Of a DNA stretch of 64,000 bases, positions 32,045 to 40,608 are shown piece after piece; position 1 is the first letter of the stretch, and each line of letters starts with the position of its first letter. This DNA is from an uncultured delta proteobacterium (GTDB lineage: Bacteria; Desulfobacterota; Desulfobacteria; Desulfobacterales; Desulfosalsimonadaceae). The stretch is taken from positions 288,001 to 352,000 of the forward strand of contig CAWGYD010000004.1 of assembly GCA_963826785.1 (NCBI GenBank), written 5' to 3'. The notes beneath the pieces are model-generated. The model saw nothing but the letters and a program-made list of their open reading frames with translations. It was not told where the DNA came from and did no database searches. Made by a program: the position numbers and the translations under genes.

Positions 32045-32995
32045 TCAGTTCTCCTTGTTGATCTGGCGCGTAAGATCGCGGAAAATGGTTTCAAGCGTCT
32101 TGGTTTCCTGGACAAATTCCAGAAGGACCCAGTCGGTCTCCTTGACGGACTTGTAAATCGGCTCCCTCAGGTCCGCATCGGAGCGGCACAGGATGTTTAC
32201 GTTTAAGCGGCCGTCGTCTTCCGCGCCGCCGGGTTCGATCCGCCGGACGCCGTCGATGCCGGACAGCCGCTGCCGCACCGCATCGAATTCGGCGCCGGCT
32301 AAAGACATCCGGATGGTGGTCTCCCGGCCCGCCGCCGCCCTCAGGTGATGGGTGTCGCCGTCCGCCACGATCCGCCCCCGGTTGATGATCACGACCCGGT
32401 CGCAGGTGGCCTCGGCTTCGCTCAGGATGTGGGTGGAAAAGATAATGGTCTTTTCCCTGCCGATTTTCTTGATGATGTTGCGGATCTCCACGATCTGGTT
32501 GGGGTCGAGGCCCTGGGTGGGTTCATCCAGGATCAGGATGTCCGGATCGTTCATCATGGCATGGGCCAGGCCCACCCGCTGGTTGAGCCCCTTGGACAGC
32601 TCGCCGATGGCCTTGTGCATGATGTTGTTCAATCCGCACAGGTCCGCGAGATACCGCAATCGGGGATGGCGGTCGCTCTTTTTGATGCCCCGGATTTTGG
32701 CCATGTAATCCAGGTAATCATAGACCAGCATGTCCTTATAAAAAGGCGAGGATTCCGGCAGGTAGCCGATCATCTGCTTGATTTGCAGCGGATGATCCGC
32801 CATGGTATAGTCCTTGACGCGGATGGCGCCCGCGCTGGGGCTGAAATACCCCGTAAGCATCTTGAGCGTGGTGGTCTTGCCGGCGCCGTTCGGGCCCAGA
32901 AGGCCGACGATCTCACCCTTGCGGATGTCGAAGGTGATCCGGTCAACCGCGCAGAAGCCGTTGTAGTATTTGGTCAGGTCTTTGACATGAATCAT
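32045..32995 (-). CDS. GldA-like ABC ATP-binding protein
   Basis: GPNGAGKTT, LSKG, ILDEPT and STH motifs. Confidence 0.93.
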   Translation of the reverse strand: MIHVKDLTKYYNGFCAVDRITFDIRKGEIVGLLGPNGAGKTTTLKMLTGYFSPSAGAIRVKDYTMADHPLQIKQMIGYLPESSPFYKDMLVYDYLDYMAKIRGIKKSDRHPRLRYLADLCGLNNIMHKAIGELSKGLNQRVGLAHAMMNDPDILILDEPTQGLDPNQIVEIRNIIKKIGREKTIIFSTHILSEAEATCDRVVIINRGRIVADGDTHHLRAAAGRETTIRMSLAGAEFDAVRQRLSGIDGVRRIEPGGAEDDGRLNVNILCRSDADLREPIYKSVKETDWVLLEFVQETKTLETIFRDLTRQINKEN

Positions 32996-33302
32996 GCCCT
33001 TCTCCTTGAAAAGATGTTTTCCTCATATATGGGGTGGATTTATTATGGGTGCTACGGAATTTTTTGGAGGCTGCTCATGGTTTATTCATCCCTGAAATTC
33101 TGCAGGGTGAAAAATTGAATTCCCCCTGGGTTAGAGGGGGAATTCAGGGGGAGTTTTCAGAAATCCACCGATATAATGAGAAATCACAAATGGACCTCCA
33201 AATAGGGGGAACCATAGAGATTTGATTTTTTTTTGTCAACAGGAAATTAAACGGGACCGGGTTCATCCACGGTTACCCGGAATCCGGCATTGGAGCACAG
33301 AA

Positions 33303-34079
33303 ATGAAAGCATTTGACCGTCTGGTAAGCATCATGGAAACCCTGCGAAGTCCCGGGGGCTGCCCCTGGGACGCGGAGCAGGACCACCGCAGCCTGATCAA
33401 CGGGCTCATCGAGGAAGTCTACGAACTGGCACAGGCCGTGGACGAAAATGATCCGGCGGGCATGCGGGAGGAACTCGGCGACGTCTTGCTCCACGTGGTG
33501 TTTCATGCCGTCATTGCAAAAGAAAAGAATGAATTTGATGTCGAACAAGTGGTCTCCGGCCTCTGTGACAAGCTGATCTATCGGCACCCCCACGTGTTCG
33601 GGGAGGCTACGGTAAACGATTCAGCCGAAGTGGTCGAAAACTGGGACCGGCTGAAGCAGGCGGAAAAAGAGAAAACAGCGCGGGATTCCATATTTTCCGG
33701 AATCCCGCCAAAACTGCCGGCGCTGCTGTATGCGAAAAAGATCCAGAAAGCAGCCGGCAAGGTGAATTTCGACTGGGACGATGCGGCCGGGGTGATGGAG
33801 AAGATCACCGAAGAAACCGCGGAGCTTTCCGAGGCGATGGGGACGGGGGATAAAGCCCGGATGGCCGATGAAGTCGGGGACCTGCTCTTTTCGGTGATCA
33901 ACCTGGCCCGCAAGCTCGACATCGATCCCGAAGCCGCCCTGCGCGGGGTCAACCGCAAATTCGTGTCCCGGTTCTCACATATCGAAAAGGCGGCCAAAGC
34001 CCAGGGGGTTCCCCTGGCGGAGATGCCCATGGCAGAAAAGGACCGGATCTGGGAGGTGGCCAAAAAGTCTGATGGTTGA
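33303..34079 (+). CDS. mazG: Nucleoside triphosphate pyrophosphohydrolase MazG
   Basis: GCPWDAEQ, EEVYE, EELGDVL, RHPHVF and DEVGDLLF motifs. Confidence 0.95.
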   Translation: MKAFDRLVSIMETLRSPGGCPWDAEQDHRSLINGLIEEVYELAQAVDENDPAGMREELGDVLLHVVFHAVIAKEKNEFDVEQVVSGLCDKLIYRHPHVFGEATVNDSAEVVENWDRLKQAEKEKTARDSIFSGIPPKLPALLYAKKIQKAAGKVNFDWDDAAGVMEKITEETAELSEAMGTGDKARMADEVGDLLFSVINLARKLDIDPEAALRGVNRKFVSRFSHIEKAAKAQGVPLAEMPMAEKDRIWEVAKKSDG

Positions 34080-34218
34080 AGGGATGGTGCGTAAACGAGA
34101 CCACCGTCCCGGATGGATATGCCGCACACCTGTAAATCGCTTTGAACTATATCCTTTTCTCGACTTGACATCACTGCTGCACCCTGTGTATCTTTTCCAT
34201 CATCGTTCTGGATAGTTA

Positions 34219-34359
34219 GTGCCCATCCACAGATGAGATAATTTGTTCAAGTTCAAGGAAGGCGAAAATTTTAACCGCAGGAATACTCAACGTATTTTGA
34301 GGATTAAAATTTGAGCCTGACGCAGAAATTGGGCAAATTAGCCAATTGTGGATGGGCAC
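34219..34359. mobile_element. 141-bp MITE, family D copy 1, with 13-bp TIR and 6-bp TAGTTA direct flanks
   Basis: GTGCCCATCCACA...TGTGGATGGGCAC; TAGTTA at 34213-34218 and 34360-34365; inverted copy at 50072-50212. Confidence 0.88.
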
Positions 34360-34441
34360 TAGTTAAATCCTGGCTTTACCAAAACAATTGCTTCATTTTC
34401 GGATAATTTGACCGATTGGAAATATCGAGGGCCGCCCTCCT

Positions 34442-34611
34442 GTGCGGAAAGCGGGGCGAAAAAGCGCAGCCTGTCACACGTCCAGGCATTCATTTGCCAC
34501 CCGTCTGATTGGAAAGGGATATGAATCCGCACCGTCCAGGCAATTTTGGGGCATAGTGATGTGAGGACGACCATAGGGAGTCTTGGCGTAAGAAGTCCTG
34601 TGGATACTTTA
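34442..34611 (+). pseudogene. intI: Integron integrase (IntI) C-terminal remnant
   Basis: Translates VRKAGRKSAACHTSRHSFATRLIGKGY, then after a 1-nt shift IRTVQAILGHSDVRTTIGSLGVRSPVDTL; matches the IntI-type HxxRHSFATH..GYDIRTVQELLGH.DV.TT..GV.SPLD tail, with the catalytic Tyr segment deleted. Confidence 0.8.
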
Positions 34612-34615
34612 GGAA

Positions 34616-35639
34616 TTCTTGTCGGACCAAATTAACACTTTGAAAATTTATATAATAATAGTTATAATTAGTCCATTTTTTGTCCTATGGTGATCTTTTT
34701 GAGGACAAAAATCCGATTTTAAGAGTGGTCGACCGGCCCGACGATACTTCGCTATTCATGGGGATTAATAGGACGATGGCCCGCGCAAATCGGCATCACA
34801 TTACCGGGTACGTATGGCACATTACGCATCGATGCCATAAGAAAGAATTTCTTCTGAAATTCGAAAAAGACAAAAGGCGGTGGCTGAACTGGTTGTTCGA
34901 AGCCAAAAAGCGCTTCGGGCTTTGCGTTTTAGATTACACCATCACCTCAAATCATATCCATTTGCTCGTATATGATCGAAAAGAAGGTGTTATTCCGAAA
35001 TCGATCCAGTTGATAGCCGGCCGAACAGGAAGGGAATATAATATCCGTAAAAACCGGAAAGGCGCCTTCTGGGAAGACCGGTATCATGCCACGGCAGTGA
35101 AAACGGATGGCCATTTTGTTAAATGTCTTGCATATATTGATTTGAATATGGTGCGGGCCGGAGTTGTTCAGCACCCCTCAGAATGGGGCTTCGGAGGATA
35201 TGCGGAAATTCAGAATCCGAAGCAGCGATATTCCATTATAAATCGTCGAGAATTGGTGAATTTGCTCGGGATCAAGGATGATATCCAATTGATGGAATCC
35301 CACCGGAGATGGGTTGATGAGATATTGGAAAAAGGATTGAACCACCGGGATGCCAGATGGACGGAAAGCATTGCGGTCGGAGATAAGGAATTCGTGACAG
35401 AAACCAGATCAAAACTGGGTGTAAAAGCCGTGGGCCGGAAAATATCAGAAAACAATGGAATCTATGAACTGAGAGAATTCCAGACTCCTTACAATCCTCT
35501 TTTTAGTCCTGAAAAGTGCGGGCTAAGCCTTGAAAACGCCTATTTTTGGGGGTAAATTTCAATAATAATCAAGAAGATAATTTGGTCCGACAAGAAACAG
35601 AGAAACAGAAAACAAGAAGATAATTTGGTCCGACAAGAA
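34616..35639 (+). mobile_element. RAYT/Y1 transposase unit bounded by a 19-bp inverted repeat
   Basis: TTCTTGTCGGACCAAATTA (34616-34634) and its exact reverse complement at 35578-35596 and 35621-35639. Confidence 0.75.
34776..35555 (+). CDS. REP-associated tyrosine transposase (RAYT, Y1 HUH family)
   Basis: MARANR, WHITHRCH, SNHIHLL (HUH), FWEDRY and YIDLNMVRAG; lower GC than host genes. Confidence 0.88.
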   Translation: MARANRHHITGYVWHITHRCHKKEFLLKFEKDKRRWLNWLFEAKKRFGLCVLDYTITSNHIHLLVYDRKEGVIPKSIQLIAGRTGREYNIRKNRKGAFWEDRYHATAVKTDGHFVKCLAYIDLNMVRAGVVQHPSEWGFGGYAEIQNPKQRYSIINRRELVNLLGIKDDIQLMESHRRWVDEILEKGLNHRDARWTESIAVGDKEFVTETRSKLGVKAVGRKISENNGIYELREFQTPYNPLFSPEKCGLSLENAYFWG

Positions 35640-35671
35640 ACAGAAGACAGAAGAAACAGGATGAAGAACGA

Positions 35672-35734
35672 ACATAACCATCCGCTGAACCGGGCGCTCC
35701 TGACATCGCGCCGGTTACCGGCACATTATATTAG
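35672..35734 (+). other. Degenerate integron attC-like site
   Basis: ACATAAC (R'') - CCGCTGAACCGGGCGC - loop - GCGCCGGTTACCGG - degenerate R' (ATTATAT/ATTAG in place of GTTRRRY). Confidence 0.6.
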
Positions 35735-35967
35735 ACATAATGGTTGACAGATAGCAGAGCAATTTGTGTCGGCAAGTACAAGCCGCGAAATTCATCATGG
35801 CCTCCGACGAGCTTTTGAGGGCCCATTCTCGGCCATGATGAATTTCGCTGACCTCACACCCGGCACACCCATTGATAATTAAAAGACCTGCCATCCTTGC
35901 AAACGTGGGTTATGTTGGAAGTCATTTTAAACCACCCAACACAGAGCCAAAACCAAGGAGGCAGGTC

Positions 35968-37083
35968 ATGACAGAGAATAGCACATTTATTGGTATGGAC
36001 GTCCATAAAAATTCCATCGATATCGCCATTGCGCAAACCGGCCGTGACGGAGAGATCCTGCACTACGGCCAAATAGACGGCACCCTTGCAGCAATAGACA
36101 AGGTGGTTCGAAAATTGGTCAGCAAAGGCAACCGGCTGCATTTTGTGTATGAGGCCGGCCCCTGCGGATACCAGATCTACCGCCACCTCACCTCCCGGGG
36201 CTTCGATTGCTCGGTAGTGGCTCCTTCCAGGATCCCCAAACCCAGTGGCAAGCAGATCAAAAACGATCGCCGGGATGCCCTGATGCTTGCCCGCTTGCAT
36301 CGCGCCGGCGAACTGACCGCTGTTCACGTTCCCCTGGCTGAGGACGAGGCCGTCAGAGATCTGACCCGAGCCCGGGAGGATGCCAAGGGCGATGAGAAAA
36401 AAAGCAAACAGCGTCTGCTGGCCTTTTTGCTTCGCAGCGGCATCCGCTATACGGGCCGGGCATCGTGGAGCCAGGCCCATATGCGCTGGCTGTCCGACAT
36501 TAAGATGCCCCACCGGTCACAGCAGGTTGTCCTGCAGGAATATATCGGCACCCTGAACCAGTGCAAAGATCGGGTACAGCGGTTAACCGATCAGATCCGG
36601 CAGCTGTTGCCCGAATGGCAACTGTTCCCGGTCGTTCAAGCGCTTCAGAGCATGCGCGGTGTTTCAATGATCGTGGCGGCCACGACGATGGCCGAAATCG
36701 GCGACTTGAAACGATTTGAAAATCCTGCCGAGCTGATGGGCTACCTGGGCCTGGTGCCGTCGGAAACTTCCAGCGGCCAAAAGATCAGGCGCGGCTCGAT
36801 CACCAAGACCGGCAATGGCCATGTGCGGCGTGTATTGGTTGAGGCTGCCTGGGCCTACCGGCTGCCGGCCAGAGTGAGCCGAGTATTGCTCAAACGGCAA
36901 GAGGATTTGCCACAATCTATTTGCGACATTGCATGGAAAGCCCAACTCCGACTATGTGCGCGCTACCGGCACCTATGGGCCAAAGGCAAAGTGAAACAAG
37001 TCATCGTAACTGCAATCGCAAGAGAACTTTGTGCTTTTATGTGGGCGATCGCCAATGAAACAAAATTTCCAGTAGCGGCATAA
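35968..37083 (+). CDS. IS110-family DEDD transposase/recombinase
   Basis: FIGMDVHK, VYEAGPCG, KNDRRDA, GLVPSETSSG and ITKTGN motifs; AAGGAGG RBS. Confidence 0.95.
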   Translation: MTENSTFIGMDVHKNSIDIAIAQTGRDGEILHYGQIDGTLAAIDKVVRKLVSKGNRLHFVYEAGPCGYQIYRHLTSRGFDCSVVAPSRIPKPSGKQIKNDRRDALMLARLHRAGELTAVHVPLAEDEAVRDLTRAREDAKGDEKKSKQRLLAFLLRSGIRYTGRASWSQAHMRWLSDIKMPHRSQQVVLQEYIGTLNQCKDRVQRLTDQIRQLLPEWQLFPVVQALQSMRGVSMIVAATTMAEIGDLKRFENPAELMGYLGLVPSETSSGQKIRRGSITKTGNGHVRRVLVEAAWAYRLPARVSRVLLKRQEDLPQSICDIAWKAQLRLCARYRHLWAKGKVKQVIVTAIARELCAFMWAIANETKFPVAA

Positions 37084-37149
37084 CAAAGAACCCATTACAA
37101 CGGACAGCATTTACAAATAAAGGATATTTAAAACGAAAAAAAACATCAT

Positions 37150-37330
37150 TATTCCAAGGCAGCCATAGGGGCGCAACCACGGCCAGGAGAACCCTCGAGG
37201 ACACTATTGGATAAGCCTTAGGGCCGAACTCCCGAAATTAGACCGAGGCAGCTCCGCGACGAAGCTAAGTCATGCGGTAACCAACCCGCGAATATCAGAG
37301 TGATCAACCGTCGCAACACGGTTCCGCCCC
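37150..37330 (+). ncRNA. Candidate seekRNA/bridge RNA of the IS1111-type element (ends approximate)
   Basis: Two stem-flanked internal loops containing GACACTA and ATTAG (target matches) and ATATCAGA (circle-junction match). Confidence 0.6.
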
Positions 37331-37428
37331 TGTGGGTGCCTTGGAACATAAACCAGAACAAGGACTGTTGAAAAACAGTTGGCAGGAAGTGCTTTTTTCT
37401 CTTGACAACTGTCAACCATATCAGTGTC

Positions 37429-37947
37429 ATGTTTGAAACTTACAGAAAGATATTTTGGTGTATTGCAATTCTAAACCTCAGTTTTTCATTTCCTGAGCAT
37501 GCTTATGCTCACATGATAGCAGATTCAGAAGCATTCTTGATTGCAGGTCCATTGATAATTCCATTCGCTAACATAATAAAGCTTATTATTATAGCCCTAA
37601 TAAAGCCATATAAAGAAATCAGGCCTCTTGGAAGAACTTTTCTATGCGTTGTTTTAGTTGAAATCTTCTTAGTCTTTTTTTCCTCTTCAATAATAATCGC
37701 TTTCATAAAAAATGGTATATTTTATCCAGGTTCAGCTTTAAATAGTGGATTAACAGAAATGCAGTGGGGTTTTTCAGTCATCATCTTTTATGGCGTACTT
37801 TCGATTTTACCGAATTTTTCTCTTGTCAAAGAGAAAAACCAAAAATTAAAAGAAATAGCTGCTAATCCTATAAAAATATCATATGCAACAATACTCGCGT
37901 TTATTACGCCAGCGATAGTAATCTTTTTGGCAGCCATGGCAAAATAA
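37429..37947 (+). CDS. AT-rich multi-TM hypothetical protein, probable integron gene cassette
   Basis: Very low GC, about 5 hydrophobic segments; starts 4 nt after the IS end; stop codon abuts an attC R''-like ATATAAC. Confidence 0.7.
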   Translation: MFETYRKIFWCIAILNLSFSFPEHAYAHMIADSEAFLIAGPLIIPFANIIKLIIIALIKPYKEIRPLGRTFLCVVLVEIFLVFFSSSIIIAFIKNGIFYPGSALNSGLTEMQWGFSVIIFYGVLSILPNFSLVKEKNQKLKEIAANPIKISYATILAFITPAIVIFLAAMAK

Positions 37948-37981
37948 TATAACAAAGCAAATGAAGCTGACGCGAAGAAGC
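37947..37981 (+). other. Truncated attC-like half site
   Basis: ATATAACAAAGCAAATGAAGCTGACGCG resembles an attC left arm; no complementary right arm follows. Confidence 0.45.
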
Positions 37982-38140
37982 CAAGGGCGGAATTACCCGA
38001 CAGATTGCAAGCAGGGGCATATACGTCTAAACCGCTTGCAAAATTATAAATTCTTCGGATCACCAGGATGCGGGCTCAGGCTGAAGGCCCGATGGAATGC
38101 ATTTTTTTCAGCCTTCAGCCTGTGACCCTTCAGCCCAAAC

Positions 38141-39367
38141 CTACCTGACCTCTTCCACCCCCAGCGGATACTTTGACAGCGGTTCGCAGCCGTCTGCGTG
38201 GATGACGATGGGGTTTTCGTAGCGGAAGCCGATGCTGTCGTCCGGGCAGGCGTACTGCATGGCGCAGATGAGCAGCTCGTTTTCCTGATACACATGGTCC
38301 GGGTTGGTCCAGTAGGGGAAGGGGCCGTCGTTTAAGCCGATGCGCCATTCGTCCCCCATCATGCCGATGCCGTGCTCGAAGCCCGGCACCATGTAGTCGG
38401 CAAATCCCCGTTCTTCCGCAAACCCCATCATCTGCTCGGCCAGAAGCGACGGGGTGATCCCGGCACGGTAGGTTTCCAGGGTTTTGGTGACGATGTCCAC
38501 GAAATTGGCCGCATGCCATCTCTGCCGGTCCGTGGCCGGCCCGATCAGGTAGTTGTGGGAATGGTCGCCCAGGCCCAGCATGAACATGGAGTGGATGTCC
38601 ACCATGAGCGGCTCCCCGGCCTTAAGCTCCCGGCGGGATGCCGGGGTGCAGGCGCCGCCGGCCAGCCCGGTGCGGTACCCGGAAGCAATCTCGTTGCCGC
38701 CGGTAAAGGACCATTCCCATTCCGATCCCGCCTTCCGCATGGCCAGGGCCGCGATGCCGGCGATCTCGGTTTCGGTCATCCCTTTCCAGCCGCCGTCCCG
38801 GATGGCGTCATAGAGGGCCTGGTGCCCGATATCCACGATGCGGGAGGCTTCCCGGAACCGGTTGATGGTCCCCCGGTCCTTGATCAGGGCCAGCCGGTCG
38901 ATGATGGTATGGCTGTTGACCAGTTCGCACCCGTCAAGGGCCGCTGAAAACTGCTGGTATTCATAGTGGGTCAGCCACCCTTCGGGCAGGTAGTTGGACA
39001 TGCCCGATTCGATGCCCACCCGGCCTTTGCCGTTGTTCAGCAACTCGGCGATGAAATCGGAGATCTGTTCGATCTGGTCCTGGCCGCCCATGGGCGCAAA
39101 CCCGTAGACGTGGTCTTCCCCCAGCCAGGAGTCGTCGGCCACCCGGGCGGCATCGATGACGAAGGTGAACACGGTGGGCAGCCCCTCTGCCGGGATAACG
39201 ATGAAGCTGCGCCAGGGGCAGAAGGCGTCGGCGATCCAGGACAGGGTCCGCAGCCGGGAACCCAGGTAGACATCGATGTTCTGCTTTGCCATTTCCGCCT
39301 GGATGTCCTTGATGCGTTGGGGGAAATCGATAAAATAGGGATGATCCGGATTGAGCAGTCGGGCCAT
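38141..39367 (-). CDS. M24 (Xaa-Pro aminopeptidase/creatinase-fold) family protein
   Basis: GMTETEIA, LMVD, GD, HGIG and GFRYENPIVI motifs. Confidence 0.8.
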   Translation of the reverse strand: MARLLNPDHPYFIDFPQRIKDIQAEMAKQNIDVYLGSRLRTLSWIADAFCPWRSFIVIPAEGLPTVFTFVIDAARVADDSWLGEDHVYGFAPMGGQDQIEQISDFIAELLNNGKGRVGIESGMSNYLPEGWLTHYEYQQFSAALDGCELVNSHTIIDRLALIKDRGTINRFREASRIVDIGHQALYDAIRDGGWKGMTETEIAGIAALAMRKAGSEWEWSFTGGNEIASGYRTGLAGGACTPASRRELKAGEPLMVDIHSMFMLGLGDHSHNYLIGPATDRQRWHAANFVDIVTKTLETYRAGITPSLLAEQMMGFAEERGFADYMVPGFEHGIGMMGDEWRIGLNDGPFPYWTNPDHVYQENELLICAMQYACPDDSIGFRYENPIVIHADGCEPLSKYPLGVEEVR

Positions 39368-39378
39368 GTTGATCCTCC

Positions 39379-39780
39379 TTAATATTGGGTGGGGATGGTG
39401 GCCAGCACCTTGTTGAGCCGGTCGGCCAGGGAAGCGAGTTTCAACGCCTTGACCATGTTCCCTTTGAGTTTGAGCTTCATGGTCATCAGCGCTTTCTGGG
39501 CGCCGAGTTCCCCCCGGGTGATTTTGGCGAAGGTGTCGTAGTCGCCGGCGATGGCAAACTCCGCCTTGGGCGGTTCGCCTTCACCCACCTGCATGTCGGC
39601 GAATTTTCCCTCCTCGAATTTGAAAAAGAGAAACTTCTCCCCCCCGCCGGGACAGTTCTTGTAGATGTTGCTCATGGAAGAGGTGGCATAATTCATTTTT
39701 TCGGGGGGAAGTTCGGTCTTGAGCCGTTTTTCCGCCTCGTCGCGCCACTGCGGGCTCAGGTAAGTGAATTTTTCGCTCAT
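39379..39780 (-). CDS. SCP2 sterol/lipid-carrier domain protein
   Basis: YLSPQW, AEFAIAGDY and ALMTMKLKLKGNM; AGGAGG RBS. Confidence 0.82.
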   Translation of the reverse strand: MSEKFTYLSPQWRDEAEKRLKTELPPEKMNYATSSMSNIYKNCPGGGEKFLFFKFEEGKFADMQVGEGEPPKAEFAIAGDYDTFAKITRGELGAQKALMTMKLKLKGNMVKALKLASLADRLNKVLATIPTQY

Positions 39781-39796
39781 GGGATTCCTCCTTGGA

Positions 39797-40402
39797 TCAG
39801 ATGATGGACGGGTCCGTGCTGTCATCGACAAACAAGCCGTGGGTGATGAGTTCCACGGTGTCTTCAAACATCTTTTGAATCCGTACGTCTTCGGTCTTGA
39901 TATACATCCGGATGATAAACATCTTGTAGACCATGAAAATCACTTCCGCCACCCGGTCCGGATCGACCGGACGGAAAATCTTTTCGGCGATCCCCTGCTG
40001 CAGGATGGATCGGATCAGGGCCACGGAATTGCGGTTGATCTCCTCATAGGGGTCCTTTGCCGGAAACATGGGAAAAATCTCCGGGTCGTGGATGAGCAGA
40101 TCCCGCAAATCCGTATCCAGTGAAAGATACTGGACGGCCTTTTCGCACATGGTCACAAATTTTTGCTTGAGGTCCCCTTCGGCTTCCACCGCTTCGAGCA
40201 CCTTGCCCTGCCATTTCATGAGCGCATGGGAGACGGTTTTGCGGTACAGGTCTTTTTTGTTCTTCACGTAGACATACAGGTTGCCCTGGGTCATGTTCAT
40301 CCGGTTGGCGATATCGGCCATGGTGGTCTTCTGATAGCCGAAACGGGAAAAGACCGGCAGGGCGGCCTGGTAGATGATCTCGATGTCTTCTCTGGGTTTC
40401 AT
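39797..40402 (-). CDS. TetR/AcrR-family regulator
   Basis: FSRFGYQKTTMADIANRMNMTQGNLYVYVKNKKDL HTH. Confidence 0.92.
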   Translation of the reverse strand: MKPREDIEIIYQAALPVFSRFGYQKTTMADIANRMNMTQGNLYVYVKNKKDLYRKTVSHALMKWQGKVLEAVEAEGDLKQKFVTMCEKAVQYLSLDTDLRDLLIHDPEIFPMFPAKDPYEEINRNSVALIRSILQQGIAEKIFRPVDPDRVAEVIFMVYKMFIIRMYIKTEDVRIQKMFEDTVELITHGLFVDDSTDPSII

Positions 40403-40410
40403 TTTTTTCT

Positions 40411-40441
40411 TAACTGAATAAATGAATTTAATGTTTAGTTA
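40411..40441. promoter_or_regulatory. Candidate TetR operator
   Basis: AT-rich imperfect palindrome TAACTGAAT...GTTTAGTTA just upstream of the tetR start; TGTCAA (minus-strand TTGACA) nearby. Confidence 0.4.
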
Positions 40442-40608
40442 TTCAATAATGTCGCCGGGCCAGAATGTCAAGGGGATTTAATTCCATTTTGCATTCAAGA
40501 TGATTCAAAGGCGGCACGGAGGAGGCGATCAATGTACCGGAAATTACATTGGCCGACGACGCAGCCACGGAAGGAAGCGCTTGAATGCGAAAGGCAATAA
40601 GGGGAAAA

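Larger units (their letters stand above)
35733..37424 (+). mobile_element. IS110-family element of IS1111 type (~1.69 kb)
   Basis: Subterminal IRs ATGGTTGACAG (35740-35750) and CTGTCAACCAT (37409-37419); AG dinucleotide at both boundaries; DEDD transposase; long 3' non-coding region. Confidence 0.88.

Noticed and set aside
35570..35660. Tandem ~43-nt repeats as a mini CRISPR array
   Set aside because: Only two units, no unique spacers and no cas genes; they match the RAYT inverted end
37402..37428. TTG start for the cassette ORF
   Set aside because: It lies inside the IS right end; ATG 37429 just outside the element is more plausible
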